A stretch of DNA of 64,000 nt. It comes from an uncultured bacterium. Its GTDB lineage: Bacteria; Omnitrophota; Omnitrophia; Omnitrophales; JACQLI01. Of the stretch, positions 18,101 to 22,001 are shown piece after piece (the stretch's first letter is position 1; each line of letters starts with the position of its first letter). The notes under the pieces were generated by a model that worked only from the letters and a program-made list of their open reading frames with translations, was not told the DNA's origin and did not search any database. The position numbers were made by a program, and so were the translations under genes. Location of the stretch: NCBI GenBank assembly GCA_964372875.1, contig CAYJTB010000002.1:21576-85575 (forward strand), read 5' to 3'.

Positions 18101-18431
18101 CGCCTTCAATGAATAAAGCGCGAACGCCGTATTTCTCGTCCAGAAATTTTAGAAGGGCAAAAATCTTTTTCTGTGTCTCGGCGTGTGCGTGAACCGATTG
18201 GATATGAATGAGAGGAATATTTTCTGTTTTTGTGTCGGGAAGAAATGCTTCTTTAATCGAAGCAAGCTCCTGGGGAATTCCGAGGGGCATCAAAGACAAG
18301 GGAAGATTTTCTATGCCGCCTTCGGCCTTCGCGGGTGGAACGAGGATGGACGATGCAATGACACACATCGCGACCAAGAGAGATATAAACTTTTTATAAG
18401 TCTTCATTAATGTCATAAATCTAATTTTCAA
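6105..18431 (-). CDS. Giant 4108-aa secreted multidomain protein. N-terminal TraB/GumN(Tiki)-like domain, at least five unknown middle domains, C-terminal calcineurin-like metallophosphatase. Seven in-frame copies of a near-identical repeat linker
   Basis: Stop-free for 12,327 nt. Signal peptide MKTYKKFISLLVAMCVIASSILVPPAKA. HIQSVHAH...ITGGFHADGL (TraB/GumN-like). IVIGDLHG...ITGDAIHTHRS...LPGNHDYAH (metallophosphatase motifs I-III). Repeats encode RSEARSTQSEGLRSGPSVFDLSPSTTLGTEPSRRSEVHPNRLDSGTPPSSPERARAEVR. Confidence 0.7.
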   Translation of the reverse strand: MKIRFMTLMKTYKKFISLLVAMCVIASSILVPPAKAEGGIENLPLSLMPLGIPQELASIKEAFLPDTKTENIPLIHIQSVHAHAETQKKIFALLKFLDEKYGVRALFIEGAGEKLNPDYFKFFDQNQLNVEVAQKLVEKGELTGAELFLIESQEKIPAYGIEDPDLYRDNLESFQIVMSRQNETNTFTKGLDGELDRLGTHLLTPHTRTLLRTNESFEAGQMELLSYAFELERRTKQILGVDLRNFESQKDWPQMIRLLRLQEAESGLDPERIQTDRQKLIADLKEIGVHPVLVHAFENLSFSPYQTGMVYDPGFNKNDLPRYLAEYLVVSTVDKGFSFDHYPYFTHYLEAAVLQSELDAERLFGEIERLFQNLIQAVAAQPEELKLVGLAQRGGLFERLFDLELTPKDYVKIQQAETIDRPLVRYLIDMQSLHDKTNLGPSQIIPANIRAIEYLYQQAMRFYQLAKKREDVMVEKILNPPSTVSSPPREEKSKMRENGVTVLITGGFHADGLSRAFRKKGISYTILSPRITEKTSSQDYISSLLGEKKTSFDVNYLEPAIKEISNAIRMRMTTRDQNVRPKIIIQEIKSVLQAIIETAKDERMAASRIIRAINQSSYASDRRFVLILSRTGEKAIVWDNVENKPLRNIYGAPIVIPFGTITVETPVLDARSAPTTQKEILADFELPGVINESSSAAPDISRSQTKTSSQSTLKKHPEELPSRYLSFQRLPSLVSIDAGKIIKPSTLMTNISNTTPILKNGGASVNTRLTTAEPTSTGINANSILPYSNLRSGVNKTYSPFAAMSVYPYSLKVNIFLTNKEIVFSRSEANLISDSRLLTSDRRGSEVHPNRLDSGTPPSSPERARAEVRASERTKDVAFVEAIQKLNLDIPENVQALHAIRNSIDINPYGMGDEKIEAFRKLPLPIIQSKGLKKRFEEELLLLKKIFPSLQKEFEDASYLGDPEKDAGKNHALFEAIIEEKNGAKLKEYLIDLFRKDPQTGRFINSSHIRFIRKWSSNFFVLDETKKSLLIPNFRRKGVEDFSIYIVEQFKKGLIEQAQSQDAFEKLAEDGFSKLALETLDKIASEKAIPNLNLLKKKIQKADQLARGANRSEARSEKNTGRFNEGVSSGVPGTSQSQTTSLSLQGSQISKSKQRPSQPLLSNVGDDASSGTVLNTFLQEGRREPTPIKYSQQLTSQPPFPLDSGGNIKNAKANPAKSPTTNAILTKILNWRKNPPATAAGTDSFQVSNNVRAATSRRSGEKISFMNRAPYALGSLAGVSFYINKYYNKNQTSRSEARSTQSEGLRSGPSVFDLSPSTTLGTEPSRRSEVHPNRLDSGTPPPSPERARAEMRADSHGTDEKRKLEMLRDNIKAKSGIPQKFHDRLNEDRLRLLYRSETLTVQELRRILEEKIKNQKGILGLTNDQLEKIVKIVGDLKGISSTQSTPAKLPKQLRFKVDPNLESIKQAISATIDWLIEQGYPHPEVLKNYKEAVKKAEPLPAELARQGMIYAKKKDDPSGTMTIRINDAHLYWRWNAIQNLDSLDYFFLGFASDIIREAWGGAAFKWSDPEHKELLKEGIPIIRNEAASLFEGNPQPFWPRDSVNRFLSKYDEQILRFVAILMANEFYETSRQEEAIKWGKEKGLFLPKRFQSSLRAAKGRDAQGLRALFEGRYEEILKAQGDPIRILEKEIQLGLGNFRAWASGLDNLTQRIYAFYFLSEFQRSIESQGKEGIDSKLQLSEAPPLEMFRSAAFRLHPEIQKIILSWQERTRADSRAEVPPADRPETPPSSPERARAEVRSEKNSGDVKLGVFGLTGVMAHRVPALGEVDRQAHRQGEYPDANGRDFKISHLVSSSLGIVTNPTNQDTNAMNRPTAANRQFTEPPARLPMPVTVEKYFETSSSILPDSSRRVRSFIKGEFNKDIFYSQEKFDLNKTTFLALPRAEVRAQPTPEPLEGGGETPEELRRLLDQSLIKLRGNLMEALKHHNNTGQRVSPEIVETIFREAGEAKSLIADLKNSMQNDPEKEAHLLQGLDYAVERLDDRLQDLKIAGGFEDNQGPRSEVRPNRLDSGTPPSSPERARAEMRNAETINDAGVSGGTARFQSKQQLQISEPKQRSEQTFQASSFFIKGQSATIIPNTKKLNVADRKNNLSQAFGILPNTPPTTAATKNAWNSVKEVFDIASNRFGVQNIFTSGLFSFHHTLAFQNGERVTNDLLKVNHNIIKDKITAPRSEARSTQPKGLRLGPSVFDLSPSTTLGTEPRRRSEVHPNRLDSGTPPSSPERARAEVRSDTKRERLEKIVAQQLEMRRGTFRPELWKPGKIVDFFLPYTDLDEQEIRRLVQTGLDQGQAISDSNFPLEENEQRALRSAVHSLVEAGTRGMVVTTLGPGKQGDELMETVETVIAELKTLKGKGQKIHLVLQVVNQSVEALLELEQVIKDRLLELPKTDRSRIDVEFKGIYGNLFDLPAHPEFIAPSHIFFWRNTWMGEHWTSETIKERARMIWERLKAPGVLILWEREITPNHESLEIQELKQTDLDPIPASLQSRSEARSTQSEGLRSGPSVFDLSPSTTLGTEPSRRSEVHPNRLDSGTPPSSPERARAEVRSKDNEVVQYVVQNYDTRTIKRALNFMKQRSYSPSIQEDEVIFRLLGELETHFGIVSRPSKINVLESARHYPQTGNGQSLTLETEKFRESGARAEVRPNRLDSGTPPSSPERARAEVRAKQDAVLDKEQMYEFFMKEGAEKFFARAVTALDAYPLHSQGEEINNRERSVRWLDDHGKPGALVEIKNADRLIVIGDLHGAYENLAAILKEVDIERALRKDKNAHLVITGDAIHTHRSELFEDPKAYADSFTTLLQILALKRRFPVQVHYLPGNHDYAHLPHEMGGLAIWQQKRLTTQNSFFEKEVFGEGKPFSEEALEGFKNYIQASPVVLKIHSEDDRTKILLAHAGAVHNIQSLKDVINFFTPEVRDLTRIPRSQKEQRQTNPLLETLWSRDYSERAIADYVEKNGVDFAIGGHTTTTMEQAISNNFSIVSLKERANLGWQNRFLIVDSTRYPIYLDLKLPIEGLRNAGDFSQPLLRKKLVDPQGNFAAKVANSTPKLLTPAGLFESDDPEARKGMSVGDAIKALQNRIKELLPVEKMAAFDYLKATETEYFRGGGYKVNRWTPDHLLFQAEDSPENQAGLEEQLKRFVLEFSPTGMKWRLYEIREPRKPPRFIADPVLDGLIDERDLETLSKMASQYKKENLPDEWKKTLEDRRLEFPPTKDELIRWFRSGDYSNILAIAGAVEIVFSPSRVKDAYAGIHKPSLHLEHFFVFDPIRRALEPMYDPHTDSRNFRSEARASDEELKQYLSKLWELAHREELIKSISEQSSGFGYEVKMLLNRVKLSPFSEKEVRPQDILFKAEKGDVLVGRILHLVETLQKVTEEGQVEITVPEGAKTQLETELYLVLGPNPEKPAETLLYSSKGEAQSIPSQLISSPYYHKVISTSERIPLIAPTHTKNIYETQLTAANGVEYKIQLQQLPSDKGEGGKIVVSNSVELEEGHGFYWNLTVEPDKNEVTLIESEKTAGGESTLTYSFTHPETNPEYKDPQSVLARFSSELMRYASALNTASQKEDVPNEEAKHFLFSTALFIRNLLEKGLPGQGENPNRSEMRSEVWSLTEPLARFDRNYKDLIDFLTTLEPRTELIEKLLRLKGELTPEDARKFYFQNVQGGKYEKENPVAVLTDNKSFADIANNVPLPSEYIKMFRVKSQPLTPAMEELIETLAGRIFALHLLKEQDRASLENLFRQPPQVPPTPPDTEAGRSEMRISPKTEVLTLSLMERAVKHRPYSNPKMDPKTVVRAILEIAKQMRWVFSPDDEEILPALIEFSKQSERPETESIQFNSEIARIFTLLAKGANQPGVHVATLDYVPSTSELRGLIVPLVENKKARVSIFVTPEAVKNQQDQDELTKQMDELTKLVPDGRANLVYAPDWIGLRKEVLKAAHEAHKQYFPEGEVKFQTFLGRYFVLSLPENLSDKIAEFGEDFGKSLRSVTYSIPEAKRAAYLVIMSGASTKLAQDVLSLSQKQDLFEINGSRFKIKSSAFALVEAIWKVFEAAKQMAIAA
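9450..10110 (-). other. Calcineurin-like metallophosphoesterase domain of the giant protein, approximate bounds
   Basis: GDLHG at about 10031-10045 (- strand). GDxxxxH and GNHD motifs in order, GNHDYAH at about 9795-9815. Confidence 0.6.
10268..10350. repeat. Repeat copy R1 (short form), in-frame inside the giant CDS
   Basis: + strand core cacctcggccctcgcccgctcaggcgaggacggaggagtacccgaatccaaccgatt. Contains hairpins cctcgcc-cgctca-ggcgagg and cccgaatc-caacc-gattcggg. Confidence 0.85.
10621..10798. repeat. Repeat copy R2 (long form, about 178 bp)
   Basis: Core plus tail ...cgggtgcacctcggaccttcgactcggctccgtcccgagcgtagtcgaggggctcaggtcaaaaacactcggccctgagcgaagcccttcggactgagtcgaacgggcctcggagcg. 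Near-identical to R3 and R6. Confidence 0.85.
11565..11743. repeat. Repeat copy R3 (long form), immediately upstream (+ strand sense) of cassette 1
   Basis: About 98% identical to R2/R6 by eye. Directly abuts the AT-rich promoter region of cassette 1. Confidence 0.85.
11854..12069 (+). CDS. Cassette 1 gene A: small (71 aa) two-helix membrane protein, antisense-nested in the giant CDS
   Basis: GTG start with SD aaggag 12 nt upstream. Charged N-terminus, two hydrophobic helices (LVAAVVGGVLG / FFLSATFSFLVLGIIVA), charged C-terminus. The TGA stop sits immediately upstream of the ATG of gene B. Confidence 0.6.
   Translation: MKIFWTPKRLEAMSKTSLTLFQAFLVAAVVGGVLGKIPNAWLKLFFLSATFSFLVLGIIVADWPLMKKEEA
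12071..12163 (+). CDS. Cassette 1 gene B: 30-aa single-helix peptide with a W-I-G-I-E-Q-Y + basic tail
   Basis: MFALIFALVLIFVIAAWIGIEQYRLKHRRH. Translationally coupled (tgaaATG). Paralogous to the peptides at 14963 and 16253. Confidence 0.55.
   Translation: MFALIFALVLIFVIAAWIGIEQYRLKHRRH
12176..12256. repeat. Repeat copy R4 (short form), immediately downstream of cassette 1
   Basis: cgcatctcggccctcgcccgctcaggcgaggacggaggagtacccgaatccaaccgattcgggcgcacctcgg. Confidence 0.85.
12670..12885 (+). CDS. Cassette 2 gene A: small two-helix membrane protein; the true start may be the internal ATG near 12687
   Basis: Paralog of 11854/14635/16045 (…TGIGSLAGGSVNWRLAAVGLFMAFVSWFVGFV…KDEETK). The upstream TTGACT-N17-TAAACT promoter-like motif overlaps the annotated start, so a shorter or leaderless form is likely. 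Confidence 0.5.
   Translation: MLNSPLMKDRTRRLESGKMLLDVSKYFSTVTGIGSLAGGSVNWRLAAVGLFMAFVSWFVGFVTIPKDEETK
12882..13007 (+). CDS. Cassette 2 gene B: 41-aa single-helix peptide with a basic tail (diverged paralog)
   Basis: MTNFEITAIGIGIFALAVGLTVYLTERWDSMRHNSRKPKHA. ATGA start/stop overlap with gene A. Confidence 0.45.
   Translation: MTNFEITAIGIGIFALAVGLTVYLTERWDSMRHNSRKPKHA
13034..13120. repeat. Repeat copy R5 (diverged variant), downstream of cassette 2
   Basis: ccgcacctcggctctcgcccgctcaggcgaggacggaggagtctccggccggtcagccggaggcacctcgg. First hairpin intact, second replaced. Confidence 0.7.
14376..14552. repeat. Repeat copy R6 (long form), immediately upstream of cassette 3
   Basis: Near-identical to R2 and R3 over about 175 bp. 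Confidence 0.85.
14635..14844 (+). CDS. Cassette 3 gene A: small (69 aa) two-helix membrane protein
   Basis: SD aaggag 8 nt upstream of ATG. TTGATA-N17-TAGACT promoter-like motif at 14581-14609. …AAVAGGFFLQFNIFVKIAFVVGLLAGFALAFFMF…. Confidence 0.6.
   Translation: MKEIFSPDRREVAARTLFDTWKLSVPAAVAGGFFLQFNIFVKIAFVVGLLAGFALAFFMFPPESRGKGG
14846..14947 (+). CDS. Cassette 3 gene B1: 33-aa single-helix peptide
   Basis: MLVAVSILLVLVPAVLLAGMYLEQYLRKRRHLH. Coupled (tgagATG). Confidence 0.5.
   Translation: MLVAVSILLVLVPAVLLAGMYLEQYLRKRRHLH
14963..15064 (+). CDS. Cassette 3 gene B2: 33-aa single-helix peptide, tandem duplicate
   Basis: MDVALISIFGILVVIGTWFGIEKYQERRKRHLH. Own SD aaaggag 8 nt upstream. Confidence 0.5.
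   Translation: MDVALISIFGILVVIGTWFGIEKYQERRKRHLH
15825..15910. repeat. Repeat copy R7 (short form), upstream of cassette 4
   Basis: ccgcacctcggccctcgcccgctcaggcgaggacggaggagtacccgaatccaaccgattcgggtgcacctcggaccctcgacg. Confidence 0.85.
15991..16019 (+). promoter_or_regulatory. Sigma70-like promoter of cassette 4 (TTGACT-N17-TACACT)
   Basis: Seen directly in the sequence. Equivalent motifs precede cassettes 1 (TTGACT 11776), 2 (TTGACT 12650) and 3 (TTGATA 14581). Confidence 0.45.
16045..16251 (+). CDS. Cassette 4 gene A: small (68 aa) two-helix membrane protein
   Basis: TTG start with SD aaaggagag. TTGACT-N17-TACACT at 15991-16019. …LLALIPVLVGSAVVSRVF…IGVVLLILVISVLGFIIL…. Confidence 0.6.
   Translation: MFTPLRRFEYGRMLLALIPVLVGSAVVSRVFTEAPPFFRIGVVLLILVISVLGFIILPASMETKEGRR
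16253..16363 (+). CDS. Cassette 4 gene B: 36-aa single-helix peptide with a WFGIEKY + basic tail
   Basis: MIDTATAALLGVFLMLIVMMSWFGIEKYLERRKKTH. SD gaagggagg. Coupled (tgaaATG). Confidence 0.55.
   Translation: MIDTATAALLGVFLMLIVMMSWFGIEKYLERRKKTH
16880..18250 (-). other. TraB/GumN/PrgY (Tiki-like) domain of the giant protein, approximate bounds
   Basis: N-proximal LIHIQSVHAH and distal VLITGGFHADGL resemble the paired GxxH/HxxH motifs of the TraB/Tiki family. Called from memory. Confidence 0.4.
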
Positions 18432-18507
18432 TCTATGTTAGGTGATTGTTCCTCCTAGAGATGGAAGCTCCTAAAATATACCCCGTGAACAGGCAGGCGT
18501 CAAACGA

Positions 18508-18536
18508 AGCGCCCGCTTGACGGGATTTAAATAAAT
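18508..18536 (+). promoter_or_regulatory. Sigma70-like promoter for the cysC operon (TTGACG-N17-TATAGT, with TGn extended -10)
   Basis: ttgacg ggatttaaataaatgtg tatagt, 68 nt upstream of the cysC GTG start, which is preceded by aaggaggag. Lies in the divergent region shared with the giant gene. Confidence 0.5.
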
Positions 18537-18603
18537 GTGTATAGTCTTAAGTCTTTTTATAACAAGGAGATAAGCTATTAAAACCGAAGGAGGAGTTAAA
18601 GAA

Positions 18604-19158
18604 GTGGGCAATAAGAAATATACCCTGCAAAGGGGGGTTACGATTTGGTTCACCGGTCTTCCTAGTTCAGGCAAATCCACGGTCGCCCGGATCTTGGAAC
18701 GCAATTTTCGCCAATGGGGTCTCAAATGTGAACTTTTAGATGGCGATGTGATCCGTACCAACCTCAGCAAAGGTCTGGGATTTTCCCGTGAAGACCGTGA
18801 CGCCAACATTAAACGCATCGGTTTTGTGGCGCACCTTTTGACCCGTAATGACGTCATTGCGATGGGTGCTGCGATTTCACCTTTCCGCGAAGCGCGGGAT
18901 TACAATCGCAAACTCATCGGCAATTTCGTCGAAGTGTTTGTGAAATGCTCTGTTGATGAATGTGAGAAACGCGATGTGAAGGGACTTTTTAAGAAAGCCC
19001 GCGCGGGAGAAATCAAAGGTTTTACCGGCGTGGATGATCCTTACGAAGAGCCGCTTCACCCGGAACTTATCTTAGAGACGGAAAAACAATCGGCTGAAGA
19101 GTCGGCGGATATCGTCGTGAAAAAATTGGAAGAGTTAGGATATTTGAAGGCTCAATGA
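18604..19158 (+). CDS. cysC: Adenylylsulfate kinase
   Basis: Walker A GLPSSGKSTVARILE. APS-kinase length and motifs (DGDVIR, FVSPF-like AISPFR). Confidence 0.85.
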   Translation: MGNKKYTLQRGVTIWFTGLPSSGKSTVARILERNFRQWGLKCELLDGDVIRTNLSKGLGFSREDRDANIKRIGFVAHLLTRNDVIAMGAAISPFREARDYNRKLIGNFVEVFVKCSVDECEKRDVKGLFKKARAGEIKGFTGVDDPYEEPLHPELILETEKQSAEESADIVVKKLEELGYLKAQ

Positions 19159-20000
19159 ATCAGGTCGATCTTCACATGCACACCACGCATTCCGACGGCA
19201 CTTTTCTGCCCCGGGATCTTGTGAAGCACGCGAAGGAGCGGGGACTCAAATGCATTTCCGTGACCGATCACGATACCATGTCGAGTTATGAGGAATGCCT
19301 TGATGAGTCAAAAAAGTTAGGGATCGAACTGATTCCAGGAATTGAAATCAGTGCCGATTTTGAGCCGGGGACCCTTCATATTCTTGGGTATTTTCTGGAT
19401 CCCGAGCAGCCGGAGCTAAAGAAAACGCTCCTCGATATTCAAAAAGCACGGCTTGAACGAAATCCTCAGATCATCAAGAAATTAAATAACATCGGAATTG
19501 ATATCACGCTGGAAGAAGTGATTGCTGAATCGGGCGGAAAACAAGTCGGGCGTCCGCATTTCGCGCGGGTACTTTTGAAAAGAGGCTTCATCAAAAACAT
19601 GGAAGAGGCCTTCCGAAAATATTTGGCCAAAGGAAAACCGGGGTACGTGGATAAACGCAGACTTTCTTCTAAAGACGCCATCCAGAGTATTCATCAAGCA
19701 GGCGGGATTGCATCCATCGCGCACCCTAAACAGATGAAACTCCAAGAGCCCGAACTTTCTAAAGAATTCGAGCGGCTCGTGGATGAGGGATTGGGTGGTA
19801 TCGAGGCGTACAATAGTTGCCAAAGCGCTGCCGAAGCCAAGATCTACAAGCAAATCGCAAAACGTTTTAATCTCATCGTTACAGGCGGTAGTGATTTTCA
19901 TGGCGCCAACAAACCCGACGTGCAGTTAGGAAGTTTTGGCGCAGACCTGGACTACAAAGTGATTGAAGACATGAAAAAGTTTGTATGGGTGAAGAAATGA
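19155..20000 (+). CDS. PHP-family metal-dependent phosphoesterase; candidate 3'-phosphoadenosine-5'-phosphate (pAp) phosphatase
   Basis: VDLHMHTTHSDGT...SVTDHD, PHP histidine motifs. ATGA overlap with cysC. The pAp assignment rests on operon context only. Confidence 0.65.
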   Translation: MNQVDLHMHTTHSDGTFLPRDLVKHAKERGLKCISVTDHDTMSSYEECLDESKKLGIELIPGIEISADFEPGTLHILGYFLDPEQPELKKTLLDIQKARLERNPQIIKKLNNIGIDITLEEVIAESGGKQVGRPHFARVLLKRGFIKNMEEAFRKYLAKGKPGYVDKRRLSSKDAIQSIHQAGGIASIAHPKQMKLQEPELSKEFERLVDEGLGGIEAYNSCQSAAEAKIYKQIAKRFNLIVTGGSDFHGANKPDVQLGSFGADLDYKVIEDMKKFVWVKK

Positions 20001-20024
20001 CCGTCATGACGAATTTGAGGAGCA

Positions 20025-20804
20025 ATGGTGTTGGCAGAACACACGCTTGATCTCGCAAAATTAAATCAGGAGTTCGAAAAGAAAAAGCCGGAAGAGATTA
20101 TTGCTTGGGCGATCAAAGCATTCCCCGGCAAAATCGCAATGACCTCTTCTTTTGGTCCGGAGTCCGGCGTTTTGCTTCATATGGCAAGCCAGATCGATCC
20201 GGGCGTACCCGTTCTTTTCTTAGAAACCGGTTACCATTTTCAGGAAACCATCGTTTATAAAGAAGAGCTCGTAAAACTTTTGGGTCTGACGCGTCTCGTG
20301 GATCTAAAGGCTGAGCCCAAGAGAAAAGCGGAAGTCGTAAAACAATACGAAGGCGTTCCCTACGAAAAAAATCCGGACCTCTGCTGCCAAATCAATAAGG
20401 TCGAGCCCATGGACTTGGCGATGAAAGATTTCGACGCGTGGATGAGCGGTATTCGCCGGCACCAAACGGATTTCAGAAAATCGATTCGCGTTTTTGAAGA
20501 GTACAGGAAACCCGAAACGGGAAACCATCTCTACAAAATTAGCCCCTTAGCCAATTTCACCAGCCGGGAAATGTGGTGGTATCTGAAAGAACACAATATT
20601 CCCAAACACCCTCTCTATGACAAAGGCTATCTCAGTGTCGGCTGCTGGCCCTGCACGCGCCCCGTTCAACCGGGCGATGATGAACGCTCAGGCCGGTGGG
20701 CCGGAAAAACAAAAACAGAATGCGGTATTCACACTTTTTTAGAGATAAAAGAAGAAGAGAAAAAGGAAAAGAAAGACGGAATCAATTATTCGGGTGGAAT
20801 ATAA
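20025..20804 (+). CDS. cysH: Phosphoadenosine-phosphosulfate / adenylylsulfate reductase, thioredoxin-dependent, Fe-S type
   Basis: PAPS-reductase fold. Cys pairs DLCCQINK and SVGCWPCT typical of [4Fe-4S] APS reductases. C-terminal KTECGIH. Confidence 0.8.
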   Translation: MVLAEHTLDLAKLNQEFEKKKPEEIIAWAIKAFPGKIAMTSSFGPESGVLLHMASQIDPGVPVLFLETGYHFQETIVYKEELVKLLGLTRLVDLKAEPKRKAEVVKQYEGVPYEKNPDLCCQINKVEPMDLAMKDFDAWMSGIRRHQTDFRKSIRVFEEYRKPETGNHLYKISPLANFTSREMWWYLKEHNIPKHPLYDKGYLSVGCWPCTRPVQPGDDERSGRWAGKTKTECGIHTFLEIKEEEKKEKKDGINYSGGI

Positions 20805-20828
20805 AATGAAGGAGAATGATTACATCTA

Positions 20829-22001
20829 ATGATACAGCCCCACGGCGGTAAACTCATCAATCGTGAACTTTCTGGAAACGAAAAAGAAGAGGCCAAGAAA
20901 AAAGTCACAACCCTCAAGACACTTACACTCGCACCCTGCGAAGTTTCAGACCTTGAGATGCTTGCAACAGGTGCTCTGAGTCCCTTAGAAGGATTTATGG
21001 GCCAGGCGGATTTTAATTCCGTTCTGGAAAAAATGCACCTGGCAACGGGGCCTGTGTGGACACTCCCCGTCGTAAAATCCATCTCCGCCGAAGACAAAAA
21101 CAATTTGAAAGCAGGCGAAGAGGTTGCGCTTCAAGATGAAAAAGGCGAAGCACTTGCGATTTTAAAAATCGGCGAGATTTTTCCTTATGATAAAACCAAA
21201 CATGCCCAAAAGGCCTACGGGACTTTAGAAGAAACGCACCCCGGAGTTGCGCGCGTAATGAGCGCCGGAGGATTTTTAGTTTCAGGAAAAATTTCTCTTT
21301 TCCAACGGCCCAAATACACGGATTTTCTCCAATATCGCCTTGATCCCGCAGAGACCAGAAAAACTTTTGAATCACGCGGATGGAAAACCGTGGTGGCTTT
21401 TCAAACGCGCAATCCCATTCACCGGGCCCATGAATACATTCAGAAATGCGCACTGGAAATTGTGGATGGTTTGATGATTCATCCCTTGGTGGGTGCCACC
21501 AAGGGCGACGATGTCCCGGCCGCTGTCCGGATGCGTTGTTACGAAGTCCTCATTGAAAAATATTACCAAAAATCTCGTGTCCTTCTTTCGGTTTTTCCCG
21601 CGGCCATGCGTTATGCGGGCCCCAAAGAGGCGATCTTTCACGCGATTGTGAGAAAAAATTACGGCTGCACGCATTTTATTGTGGGCCGCGACCACGCCGG
21701 AGTTTCAAGACCCGACGGAAAAGGTTTTTATGGTCCCTTCGATGCCCAGAAAATTTTTGATGAATTCAAACCGGGCGAGATCGGTGTGACGCCCTTTTTC
21801 TTCGAAAATTCTTTCTATTGCCGCGCCTGCAAATCCATGGCCACGGAAAAAATTTGTCCGCACGATGCCTCGGGACGCGTCTTTTTAAGCGGGACCAAAG
21901 TCCGCGAGATGCTCCTCAAAGGAGAAATTCCACCGGAAGAGTTTTCACGGCCCGAGGTTGCGCGCGTTTTGCTCGAAGCTTACCAAACCAAGGAGAATTG
22001 A
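20829..22001 (+). CDS. sat: Sulfate adenylyltransferase (ATP sulfurylase)
   Basis: QTRNPIHRAHE and GRDHAG motifs. Confidence 0.85.
   Translation: MIQPHGGKLINRELSGNEKEEAKKKVTTLKTLTLAPCEVSDLEMLATGALSPLEGFMGQADFNSVLEKMHLATGPVWTLPVVKSISAEDKNNLKAGEEVALQDEKGEALAILKIGEIFPYDKTKHAQKAYGTLEETHPGVARVMSAGGFLVSGKISLFQRPKYTDFLQYRLDPAETRKTFESRGWKTVVAFQTRNPIHRAHEYIQKCALEIVDGLMIHPLVGATKGDDVPAAVRMRCYEVLIEKYYQKSRVLLSVFPAAMRYAGPKEAIFHAIVRKNYGCTHFIVGRDHAGVSRPDGKGFYGPFDAQKIFDEFKPGEIGVTPFFFENSFYCRACKSMATEKICPHDASGRVFLSGTKVREMLLKGEIPPEEFSRPEVARVLLEAYQTKEN

Noticed and set aside
6105-18431. Interpreting the giant ORF as several ordinary genes
   Set aside because: There is no in-frame stop anywhere in 12,327 nt, a single signal peptide at the N-terminus, and no internal SD/start context at domain boundaries. 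An assembly mis-join at the repeats remains a caveat.
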